A stretch of 29,524 nucleotides of DNA from IMG/VR virus record IMGVR_UViG_2693429557_000011; one strand, given 5' to 3'. Both the position numbers and the translations under genes were made by a program. Positions 1-7,921 of the stretch are shown piece after piece. The stretch's first letter is position 1. Every line of letters starts with the position of its first letter. The DNA is from a virus. Taxonomy: Duplodnaviria > Heunggongvirae > Uroviricota > Caudoviricetes. The notes beneath the pieces are model-generated. The model was not told the origin of the DNA. It saw nothing but the letters and a program-made list of their open reading frames with translations, and did not search any database.

Positions 1-29
1 CAAAGTGATCTACTATTCCGCGCAGCTAT

Positions 30-494
30 TTAGATTCGTCTCGCCTGCCAGAAATTTTTCTGCCAATAGACATTATCAAGTGAGGAACGCATCACTCCCT
101 TGCTGGTAGAGGCGTGGATAAATTGGTTGTTGGTATCGTAAATACCTACATGCAAACCATTTTGTCCGGAACCCGTTTTGAAAAAGACCAGGTCACCAGG
201 CAGCAACTCGTCTTTATCAATTTGCGTGCCGATAGAGGCTTGTTCTTTGGTTTCTCGGGGCAGCTGCAAATCGAAACGATCGCGCATCGTTACAACCACA
301 AATCCCGAACAGTCCACACCGCGCCGCGTCATGCCACCATAACGATACGGCGTGCCATGCCAGCTTTGTAGCTGGTCGTTCAAACCGGCAATAACGGTAA
401 TCGAATCAGAAAGTCTGGCATTTGGCGGCGGTGCTTTATGGTGGCTACACCCGGCCAGAAACAGTGCTGTGATCAAAATAAGGCAGAAACGCAT
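30..494 (-). CDS. nlpC: NlpC/P60-family lipoprotein (peptidoglycan hydrolase family)
   Basis: 154-aa ORF. The N-terminal signal peptide has lipobox LFLAGC. Catalytic Cys context GVDCSGFV with a downstream GLHVGIY His region. Sits next to btuD as in E. coli. Confidence 0.9.
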   Translation of the reverse strand: MRFCLILITALFLAGCSHHKAPPPNARLSDSITVIAGLNDQLQSWHGTPYRYGGMTRRGVDCSGFVVVTMRDRFDLQLPRETKEQASIGTQIDKDELLPGDLVFFKTGSGQNGLHVGIYDTNNQFIHASTSKGVMRSSLDNVYWQKNFWQARRI

Positions 495-571
495 TCCGTA
501 CGGTTCCTCTGTTTTTTATTCTTGCATTAATTTAGCGTCGTAATTACCCGATTTTCAAGATACTAATGAAA

Positions 572-1321
572 TCAGATGGTCGAAATCAGCATTCTGTGAC
601 CTTCGATATCCAGACGGCGAAAATTCATCCCATAGGCCTGCGCCAGATTTGGCGGCGTGAGCACCTCTTCTCTGCGTCCACTGGCCAGCATTTTTCCACC
701 TTTTAGCAACCACGCCCGATGCGCATGACGCAATGTGTGGTTGAGATCGTGACTGCTCATCACAATCGCCAGTCCTTGCTGACACAGAGCGCTCAGAATT
801 TTGTCTAACGCACTTTGTTGCGCAACATCAAGACTGTTCATCGGCTCATCAAGAAGCAGCAATTGGCCTGCGGGATTGGCTTGTGGTGTGATTTGCAGCA
901 CCACCGCAGCAAGACGTACGCGTTGCCATTCACCGCCGGAAAGTTGATTGGTGCTACGTCCGAGTTTGTCATCAAGAGCCAGCGCCCCTGCGACATCATT
1001 CAGTAGTTCGGTACGCGTTTTATCGTGCTGATGCAGTGTCAGATAGTGCCAGACCGGCATTGCAAACGGCGGCGTCTGCTGTTGTGAAAGATAGGCGCGA
1101 TGCAGCGCGAGTTTTGTTGCGGACCATGCTTCCAGTGGTTGCCCCGCGAACTGAATACTTCCCTTACCGCTGGTCATTCCGGCCATTCGTGCCAGTAAGG
1201 TACTCTTACCCGCGCCATTCGGCCCCACCAGGTGCAGGATCTCCCCAGCCCGAACCTCGCCAGAAAGTGGCCCCAGGCGGGTAGATTCCGCAACATCCTG
1301 TAACTGCATCACAATAGACAT
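572..1321 (-). CDS. btuD: Vitamin B12 ABC transporter ATP-binding protein
   Basis: 249-aa ORF with Walker [13 protein letters not shown] signature LSGGEWQRV and Walker B LLLLDEP. It is last in the btuC-btuE-btuD order. Confidence 0.95.
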
Positions 1322-1872
1322 TATTTTGCCAACGCCAGTTTAATGCTTTCCATCACAATGGGGTCTTCCGGCGTCATATCCGGGGAAAAACGCTGGATGA
1401 CCAATCCGTCCCTGCCAACTAAAAATTTCTCAAAATTCCATAAAATATCATCAGGGTACAGCGGTGCACGACCTTTGCTGACCATACGGGCATAGAATCC
1501 GCTCTCTTCCGGCGCGACTGCGGTCGGCGCTGCGGCAATCAATTTTTGATACAGCGGATGGCGTCCTTCGCCGTTAACTTCAATCTTACTGAACATCGGG
1601 AACGTCACCCCCCATGTGGTGGTACAGTAAGTTTTAATCTCTTCATCGCTGCCCGGTTCTTGTTCCAGAAACTGGTTGCACGGGAATCCCAGCACCACAA
1701 AACCTCGATCGGCCCAGGCTTTCTGAATATTCTCCAACTGCTCATATTGCGGCGTTAAGCCACACTTTGAGGCGACATTGACAATCAACAGCACATTACC
1801 GGCGTACTTCTCCAGCGTGGTCACTTCACCGTCGATATCTTTCACTACGGTCGTCAGAATGGAATCTTGCAT
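1321..1872 (-). CDS. btuE: Glutathione-peroxidase-family thiol peroxidase
   Basis: 183-aa ORF with GPx motifs [15 protein letters not shown] and WNFEKFL. Its stop overlaps the btuD start by 1 nt. Confidence 0.95.
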
Positions 1873-1934
1873 CGTTTCTCCTGGGTGTGGTCAGTAAAAA
1901 TCTTAGCTTTTAATCATAGACCGTCTTTTTGCGG

Positions 1935-2915
1935 CTAACGTCCTGCTTTTAACAATAACCAGATAAACACCGGCGCACCCAACGTTGCGGTGACCACGCC
2001 AATAGGCAGCTCTGCGGCAGCTAATGCCAGGCGCGCTACAATATCGGCCAGCAGCACTGCGCTCGCCCCTGCCAGCGCGCAGCCGGGAAGTAATACGCGA
2101 TGATCGGTTAAACCACACAACCGAAGAATATGTGGGATCACCAGACCAATAAAGCCGATAGCACCCGCCAGCGCCACACTGACGCCAACCATCCAGCCGG
2201 TCGCTGCCACCAGCACATTGCGCCAGAACCACAGGGGTAAACCCAGTTGCCGCGCCGAGATCTCGCCAAGTGCTAACATATTCATCGGCCTGGACTGACA
2301 ACAGATCCACAACAACACGGGGATCAATGCCAGCATCAGCCAGCTTTGCCGCCAGTCTACGCCGCCAAAACCGCCCATCATCCAGTACATCAGCTGACGT
2401 AAATCAACAGAGGTGGAAAAGTAGATAGCCCACGTCATTAGTGCGCTACAGATAATCCCTAATGCAACGCCAGCCAGCAATAACCGACTGGTCGAAAGAT
2501 GACGACGGGCGAAACGTAAGAGTATTAAAGTGATGATAAGCGCGCCAGCAATCGCACACAGCCCTAGCGCCCAGTTGGGGAGTTGCCCTTGCCCAAGCAA
2601 TACCGCGGCGATAAGCCCCACGCCTGCGCCGTTAGAGACGCCAAGTAGTCCAGGTTCTGCCAGAGGATTTTCAAACAACGCCTGCATTACAGCGCCGGAT
2701 ATAGCCAGCGCCGCACCAACCAGCAATACAGCCAGCGTACGTGGCAGGCGAATTTGCCAGACGAACAGTTCGCCACGAGGAGTAAACCAGTCACCTGGCG
2801 AAATCCATTGTTCACCGGCGCAAAGGCTTAAGAGAAGCGCCAGCAGCATCAAAACTGACAGGCATAATAACCAGCGAATATTTTGTCGCTGTTGTTGGCG
2901 GGCAAGTGTCAGCAT
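1935..2915 (-). CDS. btuC: Vitamin B12 ABC transporter permease
   Basis: 326-aa strongly hydrophobic multi-TM ORF of the FecCD/BtuC type. The N-terminus [12 protein letters not shown] and the position upstream of btuE match E. coli BtuC. Confidence 0.95.
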   Translation of the reverse strand: MLTLARQQQRQNIRWLLCLSVLMLLALLLSLCAGEQWISPGDWFTPRGELFVWQIRLPRTLAVLLVGAALAISGAVMQALFENPLAEPGLLGVSNGAGVGLIAAVLLGQGQLPNWALGLCAIAGALIITLILLRFARRHLSTSRLLLAGVALGIICSALMTWAIYFSTSVDLRQLMYWMMGGFGGVDWRQSWLMLALIPVLLWICCQSRPMNMLALGEISARQLGLPLWFWRNVLVAATGWMVGVSVALAGAIGFIGLVIPHILRLCGLTDHRVLLPGCALAGASAVLLADIVARLALAAAELPIGVVTATLGAPVFIWLLLKAGR

Positions 2916-2972
2916 GGTATCCGTTCTGCTGAAGTGTCATGGCGTTGATTTTACGGTGACTCTTCGACAGTG

Positions 2973-2998
2973 AAAAGAAAAAAGGCCGCAGAGCGGCC
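2973..2998 (-). terminator. Rho-independent terminator read on the minus strand
   Basis: Hairpin GGCCGC (2984-2989) / AGA loop / GCGGCC (2993-2998). The plus-strand A-run 2973-2983 gives a U-tract after the hairpin on the minus strand. It could terminate the C-int-orf166-orf184 transcript or be the remnant terminator of the displaced upstream host gene. Confidence 0.6.
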
Positions 2999-3107
2999 AT
3001 AAACACAAACAAAAATCAATAAGTTAGGTAATTATCAAAGACTTACAGACACACAAAAACACAGCCAACCACAACAAATAACAGAGATGTGGTCAATTTG
3101 TGGATCA

Positions 3108-3662
3108 TCAGCCAACAAATTTAGCAACAAATACAGCAACCGCCGCTGTGAAAATGGTTGTGCACACTGGCACAATAATGCCACTCCAACGCCACTTCGT
3201 ATTATCATCAACCTTGTCAAACCGCCGATTCATCTCATCCATAATCTTGTCAAAGCGTTTATCCATCGCTTCGGTAAGCTCACCCTTCAGGCTGTTAATG
3301 TCTGATTTGAGCTGCTCTTTCAGGTTAGCTGTATCAGATTTAAGCTCACCTTTCAGATTCGCAATATCGCATTCAAGATCACCTTTCAGATGTGCTATGT
3401 CTGCTTTGAGTTCACCTTTCACCTCACCAACATCGGCTTTAGTTGAGAGGTTTGTAGTGCGTTCAGCAAGCGTCGCAAGGTCGTTTCTTGTTAGCGATAA
3501 ATCACCTTCGAGCCGCTCAATTCGCCTTTCAAGTTTATCTGACATTCCGCCTCCACTACTGCCGCCATCGCCACCATGATAAAGCACATCACGCTCAGAA
3601 TGCGACACACTACCTGCTGAATTACCGAAAAGATTTCTTGCTACATTACCCATTATCACCAT
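3108..3662 (-). CDS. Tail-anchored coiled-coil membrane protein with tandem 11-residue repeats (DUF1640-like look); function unknown
   Basis: 184-aa ORF. Repeats are KGELKADIAHL / KGDLECDIANL / KGELKSDTANL / KEQLKSDINSL / KGELTEAMDKR. The single C-terminal TM is IIVPVCTTIFTAAVAVFVAKFV. The start at 3662 overlaps the upstream gene by 17 nt. An alternative start at 3545 (MSDKLERR) follows a GGAGG Shine-Dalgarno. Confidence 0.7.
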   Translation of the reverse strand: MVIMGNVARNLFGNSAGSVSHSERDVLYHGGDGGSSGGGMSDKLERRIERLEGDLSLTRNDLATLAERTTNLSTKADVGEVKGELKADIAHLKGDLECDIANLKGELKSDTANLKEQLKSDINSLKGELTEAMDKRFDKIMDEMNRRFDKVDDNTKWRWSGIIVPVCTTIFTAAVAVFVAKFVG

Positions 3663-4146
3663 CCTGCGCTTTGTCTTTCTCCAACCACTTCAGCACCGCA
3701 GACGTACGATAAAGGCTCAGGTAACCACAATTCAGGCAATGCAGCGTGTAATAAGTTTTGCGCATATCAGGTATGCTCTTAACATCACCCAAAAAAGCAT
3801 AAGATACATAATGCTTTATGTTCTCTTTAATTAACTCACTCTGTTCCTCCAGGGGTAGATTGTTAAAATTTTCTGGTTTCTTATTTTTATCCCAGCAAAG
3901 ATCCATACTTTCTGGAACAGATAATCGCGACGATCCACATGAAGGGCAGACACTGGAGACCCCCTTCTCAGACAAGAAACGGAAGAAGATTTCTGGCGTA
4001 ATCTCCATCAGCCGCTCTTTATGTTTTTTGACACGACTCATCGACTTCTTATTGATTTCATCAGCTTCTTCTTTGCATTTATCTTCTATATATTTCGATA
4101 GTAAATAGTCATATAACTCTTTTTTTGTAGGTTTTTTTATTTCCAT
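3646..4146 (-). CDS. Hypothetical protein with split zinc-ribbon (CPSC ... CLNC); function unknown
   Basis: 166-aa ORF. Cys pairs CPSCG and CLNCG lie about 70 residues apart, and the N-terminus is Lys/Glu-rich. It starts 2 nt after the int stop. It is very AT-rich (hand-counted 60-nt samples give 20-37% G+C). Confidence 0.7.
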   Translation of the reverse strand: MEIKKPTKKELYDYLLSKYIEDKCKEEADEINKKSMSRVKKHKERLMEITPEIFFRFLSEKGVSSVCPSCGSSRLSVPESMDLCWDKNKKPENFNNLPLEEQSELIKENIKHYVSYAFLGDVKSIPDMRKTYYTLHCLNCGYLSLYRTSAVLKWLEKDKAQDGDNG

Positions 4147-4148
4147 AG

Positions 4149-5126
4149 TTACATTCCTCCCAAGGGATTAAACCTCACCGCATCCTGCAAGTAATCCGGC
4201 GCAAGATGGGCATAAATCATCGTTGTCTGAATCTTTGCGTGCCCCAGAATTTTCTGGAGCGTCAGAATATTGCCGCCGTTCATCATGAAATGACTGGCGA
4301 AGGTGTGGCGCAGCGCATGAACAGCCTGGCCGTCAGGAACATCAGGTGCGACCGTTTTGATGACATCGCGAACCAATGAATAATCCAGCGTCGGAAACAC
4401 CAGTTTCCCGCCCCGTTTTTTGATCTTTTCAAACAGGCTTTCAGAAATAGGAACGGTACGGTTTTTGCTGTTCTTCGTTTTTGAAAAAGTGATTCGACAA
4501 TGAAGAACACGGCGCTGCTCCAGTGCCGCTACCTCGCCCCATCGCGCCCCGGTCGACAGAAGGATTTCGACGGCCAGCCGTTCATCGGGATTTTCAGCCA
4601 GTGCATCCAGCAACTGAACACATTCAGACTTACTCAGATATCCCATTTCACGCTCGTTAACCTTCATTCCTTTAAGGCCTTGAACGGGGTTATCGTTAAG
4701 AAAATGGCCGGATGAGATGAGTGCGGTAAACATCGCGCTTAACGCCCCAATCTCTCGATTTATGGTGCTGGGCTGTATCCCCTGCTCTATCCTGGACACA
4801 CGTAGCTCGGTGAGCATCGTTGTATTAAGTTTATGCACGCACGGGTCATCCATTGCCTCACTCAAGCGCAGCAATTTAAGGCGCGTGTTATGCCCTGACT
4901 TCATTAGCTGGCCGTGGTATTTCCACCACAAGTCAATAAGCACTGACAGCGGACGGCGATCAATGGAGTTTCCTTTCCACTCATTGTTATGCTGTTGCGC
5001 CAGCACCCACCGCTCATATAAAACTGCATCCGATTTCGTTTTAAATTTTTTGCGAATGCGTTTGCCTTTACGCCCCTCAGGACGCATGTCAAGAAGATAC
5101 CCTCCCGGAATTGATTTTATGCTCAT
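4149..5126 (-). CDS. int: Tyrosine integrase, P2 Int type
   Basis: The ORF track gives 375 aa. I place the start at the internal ATG at 5126 (MSIKSIPGGYLLDMRPEGRKGKRIRKKF), which aligns with the P2 Int N-terminus. The C-terminal catalytic region is LSTGARWGE ... HALRHTFASHF ... LGHAKIQTTMIYAHL (R, H-x-x-R, H, Y). Confidence 0.9.
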   Translation of the reverse strand: MSIKSIPGGYLLDMRPEGRKGKRIRKKFKTKSDAVLYERWVLAQQHNNEWKGNSIDRRPLSVLIDLWWKYHGQLMKSGHNTRLKLLRLSEAMDDPCVHKLNTTMLTELRVSRIEQGIQPSTINREIGALSAMFTALISSGHFLNDNPVQGLKGMKVNEREMGYLSKSECVQLLDALAENPDERLAVEILLSTGARWGEVAALEQRRVLHCRITFSKTKNSKNRTVPISESLFEKIKKRGGKLVFPTLDYSLVRDVIKTVAPDVPDGQAVHALRHTFASHFMMNGGNILTLQKILGHAKIQTTMIYAHLAPDYLQDAVRFNPLGGM

Positions 5127-5175
5127 TCGTGAAGCCCCAGCGTTACAAGACCACCATGCCCCCAGCGTTCCATGA

Positions 5176-5487
5176 TTAGCCGGGCTGTGTGCCAGTCTTG
5201 CGGGATTTTTGAGAAGACGATGTGTTTTCTGGCCCATCAGGGGAGAGAGAAGGACTGATCTGCCCAGCAGCCTCATTTGTTTCGTTACTCATCAACCACG
5301 TAGTGTATTTTTTAAATTCCGGGTGCATTGTGATTTTCAGTAAAACCTCCGTTCCCACACCTCGAATACCAGTCTCGTATTGCTTAACCGTACCAACCGC
5401 AATACCTATTGAATCCGCGAACTTTGCCTGACTAAGCCCCTCAGATTCTCGAATTGCTTTTAGCTTCTTTGATATCTCTATTGACAT
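5176..5487 (-). CDS. Immunity repressor, P2 C type (HTH)
   Basis: 103 aa from the internal ATG at 5487 (MSIEISKKLKAIRESEGLSQAKFADSIG...). It has an HTH_XRE-like N-terminus, and the segment HPEFKKYTTWLMSN...GQISPSL parallels P2 C (TPQFTKYTLWFMTN...GQIAPAL). It is divergent from the cox-like gene. Confidence 0.8.
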   Translation of the reverse strand: MSIEISKKLKAIRESEGLSQAKFADSIGIAVGTVKQYETGIRGVGTEVLLKITMHPEFKKYTTWLMSNETNEAAGQISPSLSPDGPENTSSSQKSRKTGTQPG

Positions 5488-5582
5488 GGTGTGCACCTGA
5501 ATACTATATTGGTTATCAGTTGAGTACCACTTGACGCTACAAAGAGCCACAAATAGCACCAGATTGAATAGGTTATCACACC
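5488..5582. promoter_or_regulatory. Divergent early switch region (Pc/Pe-equivalent) between repressor and cox-like gene
   Basis: 95-bp gap between divergent C-type and Cox-type genes. It contains direct repeats GGTTATCA at 5511-5518 and 5571-5578, a TTGACG -35-like hexamer at 5531-5536 and TATAGT on the minus strand near 5503-5508. Exact promoters and operators are not resolved. Confidence 0.5.
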
Positions 5583-5861
5583 ATGGCAAAAGTCCTTAAC
5601 ACATACGAACAAGCGGATTTTGAGCGTTTGGCGGCGTTCTACCCATACCGTAATGAACATGGGCTACCGGTACTTGAAGAAAGCCTAGAGGATTATGCGA
5701 AACGCACAAATCAAAGCATTCTCGCTGTAAGAAGGCAGGCTGATAGATCGGTAATTCCCGTTACTCAAGAAGGAAGAAACACAAAACGCAAAGTAAATCT
5801 CTTCGCAATTTTCCTGAAAACCATCAGAAACGCAGAGAAATACGTGCAGATGACAAAATAA
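5583..5861 (+). CDS. Cox/Apl-like excisionase and early repressor (putative)
   Basis: 92-aa first gene of the rightward early operon. The segment DYAKRTNQSILAVRRQADRSVIPV resembles the P2 Cox HTH region EFAKLIGKSTGAVRRMIDKGKLPV. The call rests mainly on position. Confidence 0.55.
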   Translation: MAKVLNTYEQADFERLAAFYPYRNEHGLPVLEESLEDYAKRTNQSILAVRRQADRSVIPVTQEGRNTKRKVNLFAIFLKTIRNAEKYVQMTK

Positions 5862-5875
5862 CGAGGTGTCATTTT

Positions 5876-6214
5876 ATGCTGAAGCAACGCCGTAATTTTT
5901 GTACCGGAACAGAACGCCACGCTAACCGTTTCACTACCAGTGCATCACGCAGCAACATCCGCTACAGCCTGAGTGATACACACGCAACGCCGGATGGCTA
6001 CCCAGTAAAACAAATCGGCGAGCACGCCTGGCTGATTGAGAAAGCTGGAATCGTGATCCACAAATGCCCACGCAATCCGTTTACCGGAAACCGCATTTTT
6101 GCACTGAGCTGTGGCGACAATCAGTTCGGGCAGGATTTCACATTATACGAAGCACTTCGCACGGTTGATCGTCTGCTTCGCGGGCAAAGTTTTATTAAAC
6201 AGGCTGATTTATAA
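5876..6214 (+). CDS. Hypothetical early-operon protein
   Basis: 112-aa ORF with GAGGTG Shine-Dalgarno-like sequence upstream. It is co-oriented and tightly packed in the early operon. No motif recognised. Confidence 0.5.
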   Translation: MLKQRRNFCTGTERHANRFTTSASRSNIRYSLSDTHATPDGYPVKQIGEHAWLIEKAGIVIHKCPRNPFTGNRIFALSCGDNQFGQDFTLYEALRTVDRLLRGQSFIKQADL

Positions 6215-6224
6215 CAGGTGCTTT

Positions 6225-6512
6225 ATGACCAAAGACAATGCACAAGGTGTATTTATCCGTTTTATTGATTTTCGCGGTGAACTGTTATTACGTGCATCCG
6301 CTATTGACGGAGTGACTCCGGCGGGTAAAAACGGAGCCGACGAAGCCACTTACGTTTATCTGAACGGCACGCGACTGCTTGTGGAACTTCCGTACCAGAC
6401 CGTACGAGAAATCATCAGCGAAGATGAAAAGGCACGCCAGGTTAATGGCGATGAACCCTATATCGAAATTATTTGTATGGATTCAGAAGCTGAAATACAG
6501 AAAGCAGATTAA
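6225..6512 (+). CDS. Hypothetical early-operon protein
   Basis: 95 aa from the ATG at 6225 (MTKDNAQGVF...), in frame with the track ORF 6111-6512. I chose this start to avoid overlap with the preceding gene. No motif recognised. Confidence 0.5.
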   Translation: MTKDNAQGVFIRFIDFRGELLLRASAIDGVTPAGKNGADEATYVYLNGTRLLVELPYQTVREIISEDEKARQVNGDEPYIEIICMDSEAEIQKAD

Positions 6513-6523
6513 AGGGCGTTGTG

Positions 6524-6766
6524 ATGGGCAAAGAATATAAAACTCTCATTAACAAAGCACTTGAGCGTTTTTATTTTCGCTTAAGTGCATCAGGCGCTCA
6601 TGCTGAACGTGCGGCCCGTGACTCATTGACCAGAGCAATCCGAAGTCTGTATGACGTGGCTTTTTACGCTGATGATCTGGATGCACTTAACGAACTTTCC
6701 GAGCTGATCTGTGCCGCAGAATGCGGGGAACATATTGAACCGTATAAGCTGGGAAATATCGCATGA
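6524..6766 (+). CDS. Hypothetical early-operon protein
   Basis: 80-aa ORF (MGKEYKTLINKALERF...). Its stop overlaps the next small ORF. No motif recognised. Confidence 0.5.
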   Translation: MGKEYKTLINKALERFYFRLSASGAHAERAARDSLTRAIRSLYDVAFYADDLDALNELSELICAAECGEHIEPYKLGNIA

Positions 6767-6876
6767 GTATATTTATTTCATGGCTTGTTCTGATTATTTC
6801 GGTGGTCTGCGCCATTGGGATTATGCGAATTATTAATTCAGTAAAAAAGATTGAACGCTTTTTCACTGAAGAATAA
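6763..6876 (+). CDS. Small hydrophobic peptide (37 aa, single TM), putative
   Basis: Not in the ORF track because it is under 60 aa. It reads ATG at 6763 to TAA at 6874-6876: MSIFISWLVLIISVVCAIGIMRIINSVKKIERFFTEE. The ATGA overlap with the upstream stop suggests translational coupling. Confidence 0.4.
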   Translation: MSIFISWLVLIISVVCAIGIMRIINSVKKIERFFTEE

Positions 6877-6962
6877 CCGCGCAAATAAGACCCCAGGTTA
6901 AATAAGAAAATGTGAAAACAATCCGCATTCGCGGAGGTATTCGCACACGCCAAGGAGGCGTA

Positions 6963-7166
6963 ATGGCAATTAAGCATTTTCCTGTCGTTCGTTTCACCTC
7001 CAGAGGACGTGAATACGAAGTTGACGAACGCCTGATTACCACAATCGACAAACACCGTTCAGAAAAGGATGCACATCATATCTATCTCACTGACGGCACT
7101 TACTTCTGCGCCACCAACGTGGTGCAGGTGAATCTTATCAGACAGGTACAGGAGTCACGCAGATGA
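6963..7166 (+). CDS. Hypothetical early-operon protein
   Basis: 67 aa from the ATG at 6963, preceded by AAGGAGG (6952-6958). It is in frame with the track ORF 6912-7166. The stop overlaps the next start. Confidence 0.55.
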   Translation: MAIKHFPVVRFTSRGREYEVDERLITTIDKHRSEKDAHHIYLTDGTYFCATNVVQVNLIRQVQESRR

Positions 7167-7408
7167 CCATTCTGGACTACATCGCTGCCAATCCGGGTTG
7201 TAGCAGTGGAGAAATCGCCGCAGCACTGAATACACCAACCACAACCATTAATGCGGAGCTACGCCGTCTCTGGCGCAGCGGTTTAGTCACAAGAAAAGAG
7301 CGCAAAACAGGCGGTCGCTTTTCTTATCAGGTAAACCTGATGCCGTTTGGGTGTAGCAACCCACTAACCCAGATGTTCAACCAGCTACTGAGGGAAATCA
7401 GAGCATGA
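7163..7408 (+). CDS. Small winged-helix DNA-binding protein (putative)
   Basis: 81-aa ORF. ILDYIAANPGCSSGEIAAALNTPTTTINAELRRLWRSGLVTRKER looks like a MarR/ArsR-type wHTH. It has an ATGA overlap with the upstream gene. Confidence 0.55.
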   Translation: MTILDYIAANPGCSSGEIAAALNTPTTTINAELRRLWRSGLVTRKERKTGGRFSYQVNLMPFGCSNPLTQMFNQLLREIRA

Positions 7409-7549
7409 GCACCTCCAACTGCCGGAAACCACGTCGGGCTTCAGCAGCTCATCCGGCAGCAAAACAAACTCCATTAATTCCTGTTCCGGGCCTTTCCTGC
7501 ACCTTGCGGCGGGAGGCCTTCGCACATCTGTAACAAGAGGATTGCCGCA

Positions 7550-7915
7550 ATGATTCTCGCCAACGACTTTCTTGAATACCTGCTCAACACAGAGCGTGAT
7601 CTTGCCGCTCGCGTGCGTGATCGTTATGACATGTACCTGAAATCCCTGCCTGTACCGCAGCTCGCTGACGGAAAGATTGTTATTGATGGTCGCTACATGA
7701 TTGACAGCCACGAGGGAAATTACAGGCTTTACCGCATTGAAGGTGGCACCCCGTCCGTTATTGGCATTTACCAGCGCCCATCCTCTGCAATCGTCGATGT
7801 GATTGCCGACAGCATCCGCATCACACATCGCCATGCCGACACAGAAGACACCGTGCTGGAAATTCAGCGGCTGGCTACAGTCTGCCGCGACACCCTGAAT
7901 GGCATGACGAAGTAA
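7550..7915 (+). CDS. Hypothetical early-operon protein
   Basis: 121-aa ORF immediately upstream of the replication gene. No motif recognised. Confidence 0.5.
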   Translation: MILANDFLEYLLNTERDLAARVRDRYDMYLKSLPVPQLADGKIVIDGRYMIDSHEGNYRLYRIEGGTPSVIGIYQRPSSAIVDVIADSIRITHRHADTEDTVLEIQRLATVCRDTLNGMTK

Positions 7916-7921
7916 ATCACT

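Noticed and set aside
3100-3579. 159-aa plus-strand ORF (Ser/Phe/Leu-rich)
   Set aside because: It is antisense to the repeat-containing coiled-coil gene. Its own apparent repeats (SDLSSPFR...) are mirror images of the minus-strand 33-nt repeats. The minus-strand frame has operon context, a Shine-Dalgarno sequence and a clean TM anchor.
4149-5589. Longer ORF-track versions of int (375 aa, to 5276) and the repressor (137 aa, to 5589)
   Set aside because: The N-terminal extensions have no similarity to P2 Int or C and would overlap neighbouring genes and the switch region. The internal ATGs at 5126 and 5487 give proteins that align end-to-end with the P2 proteins.
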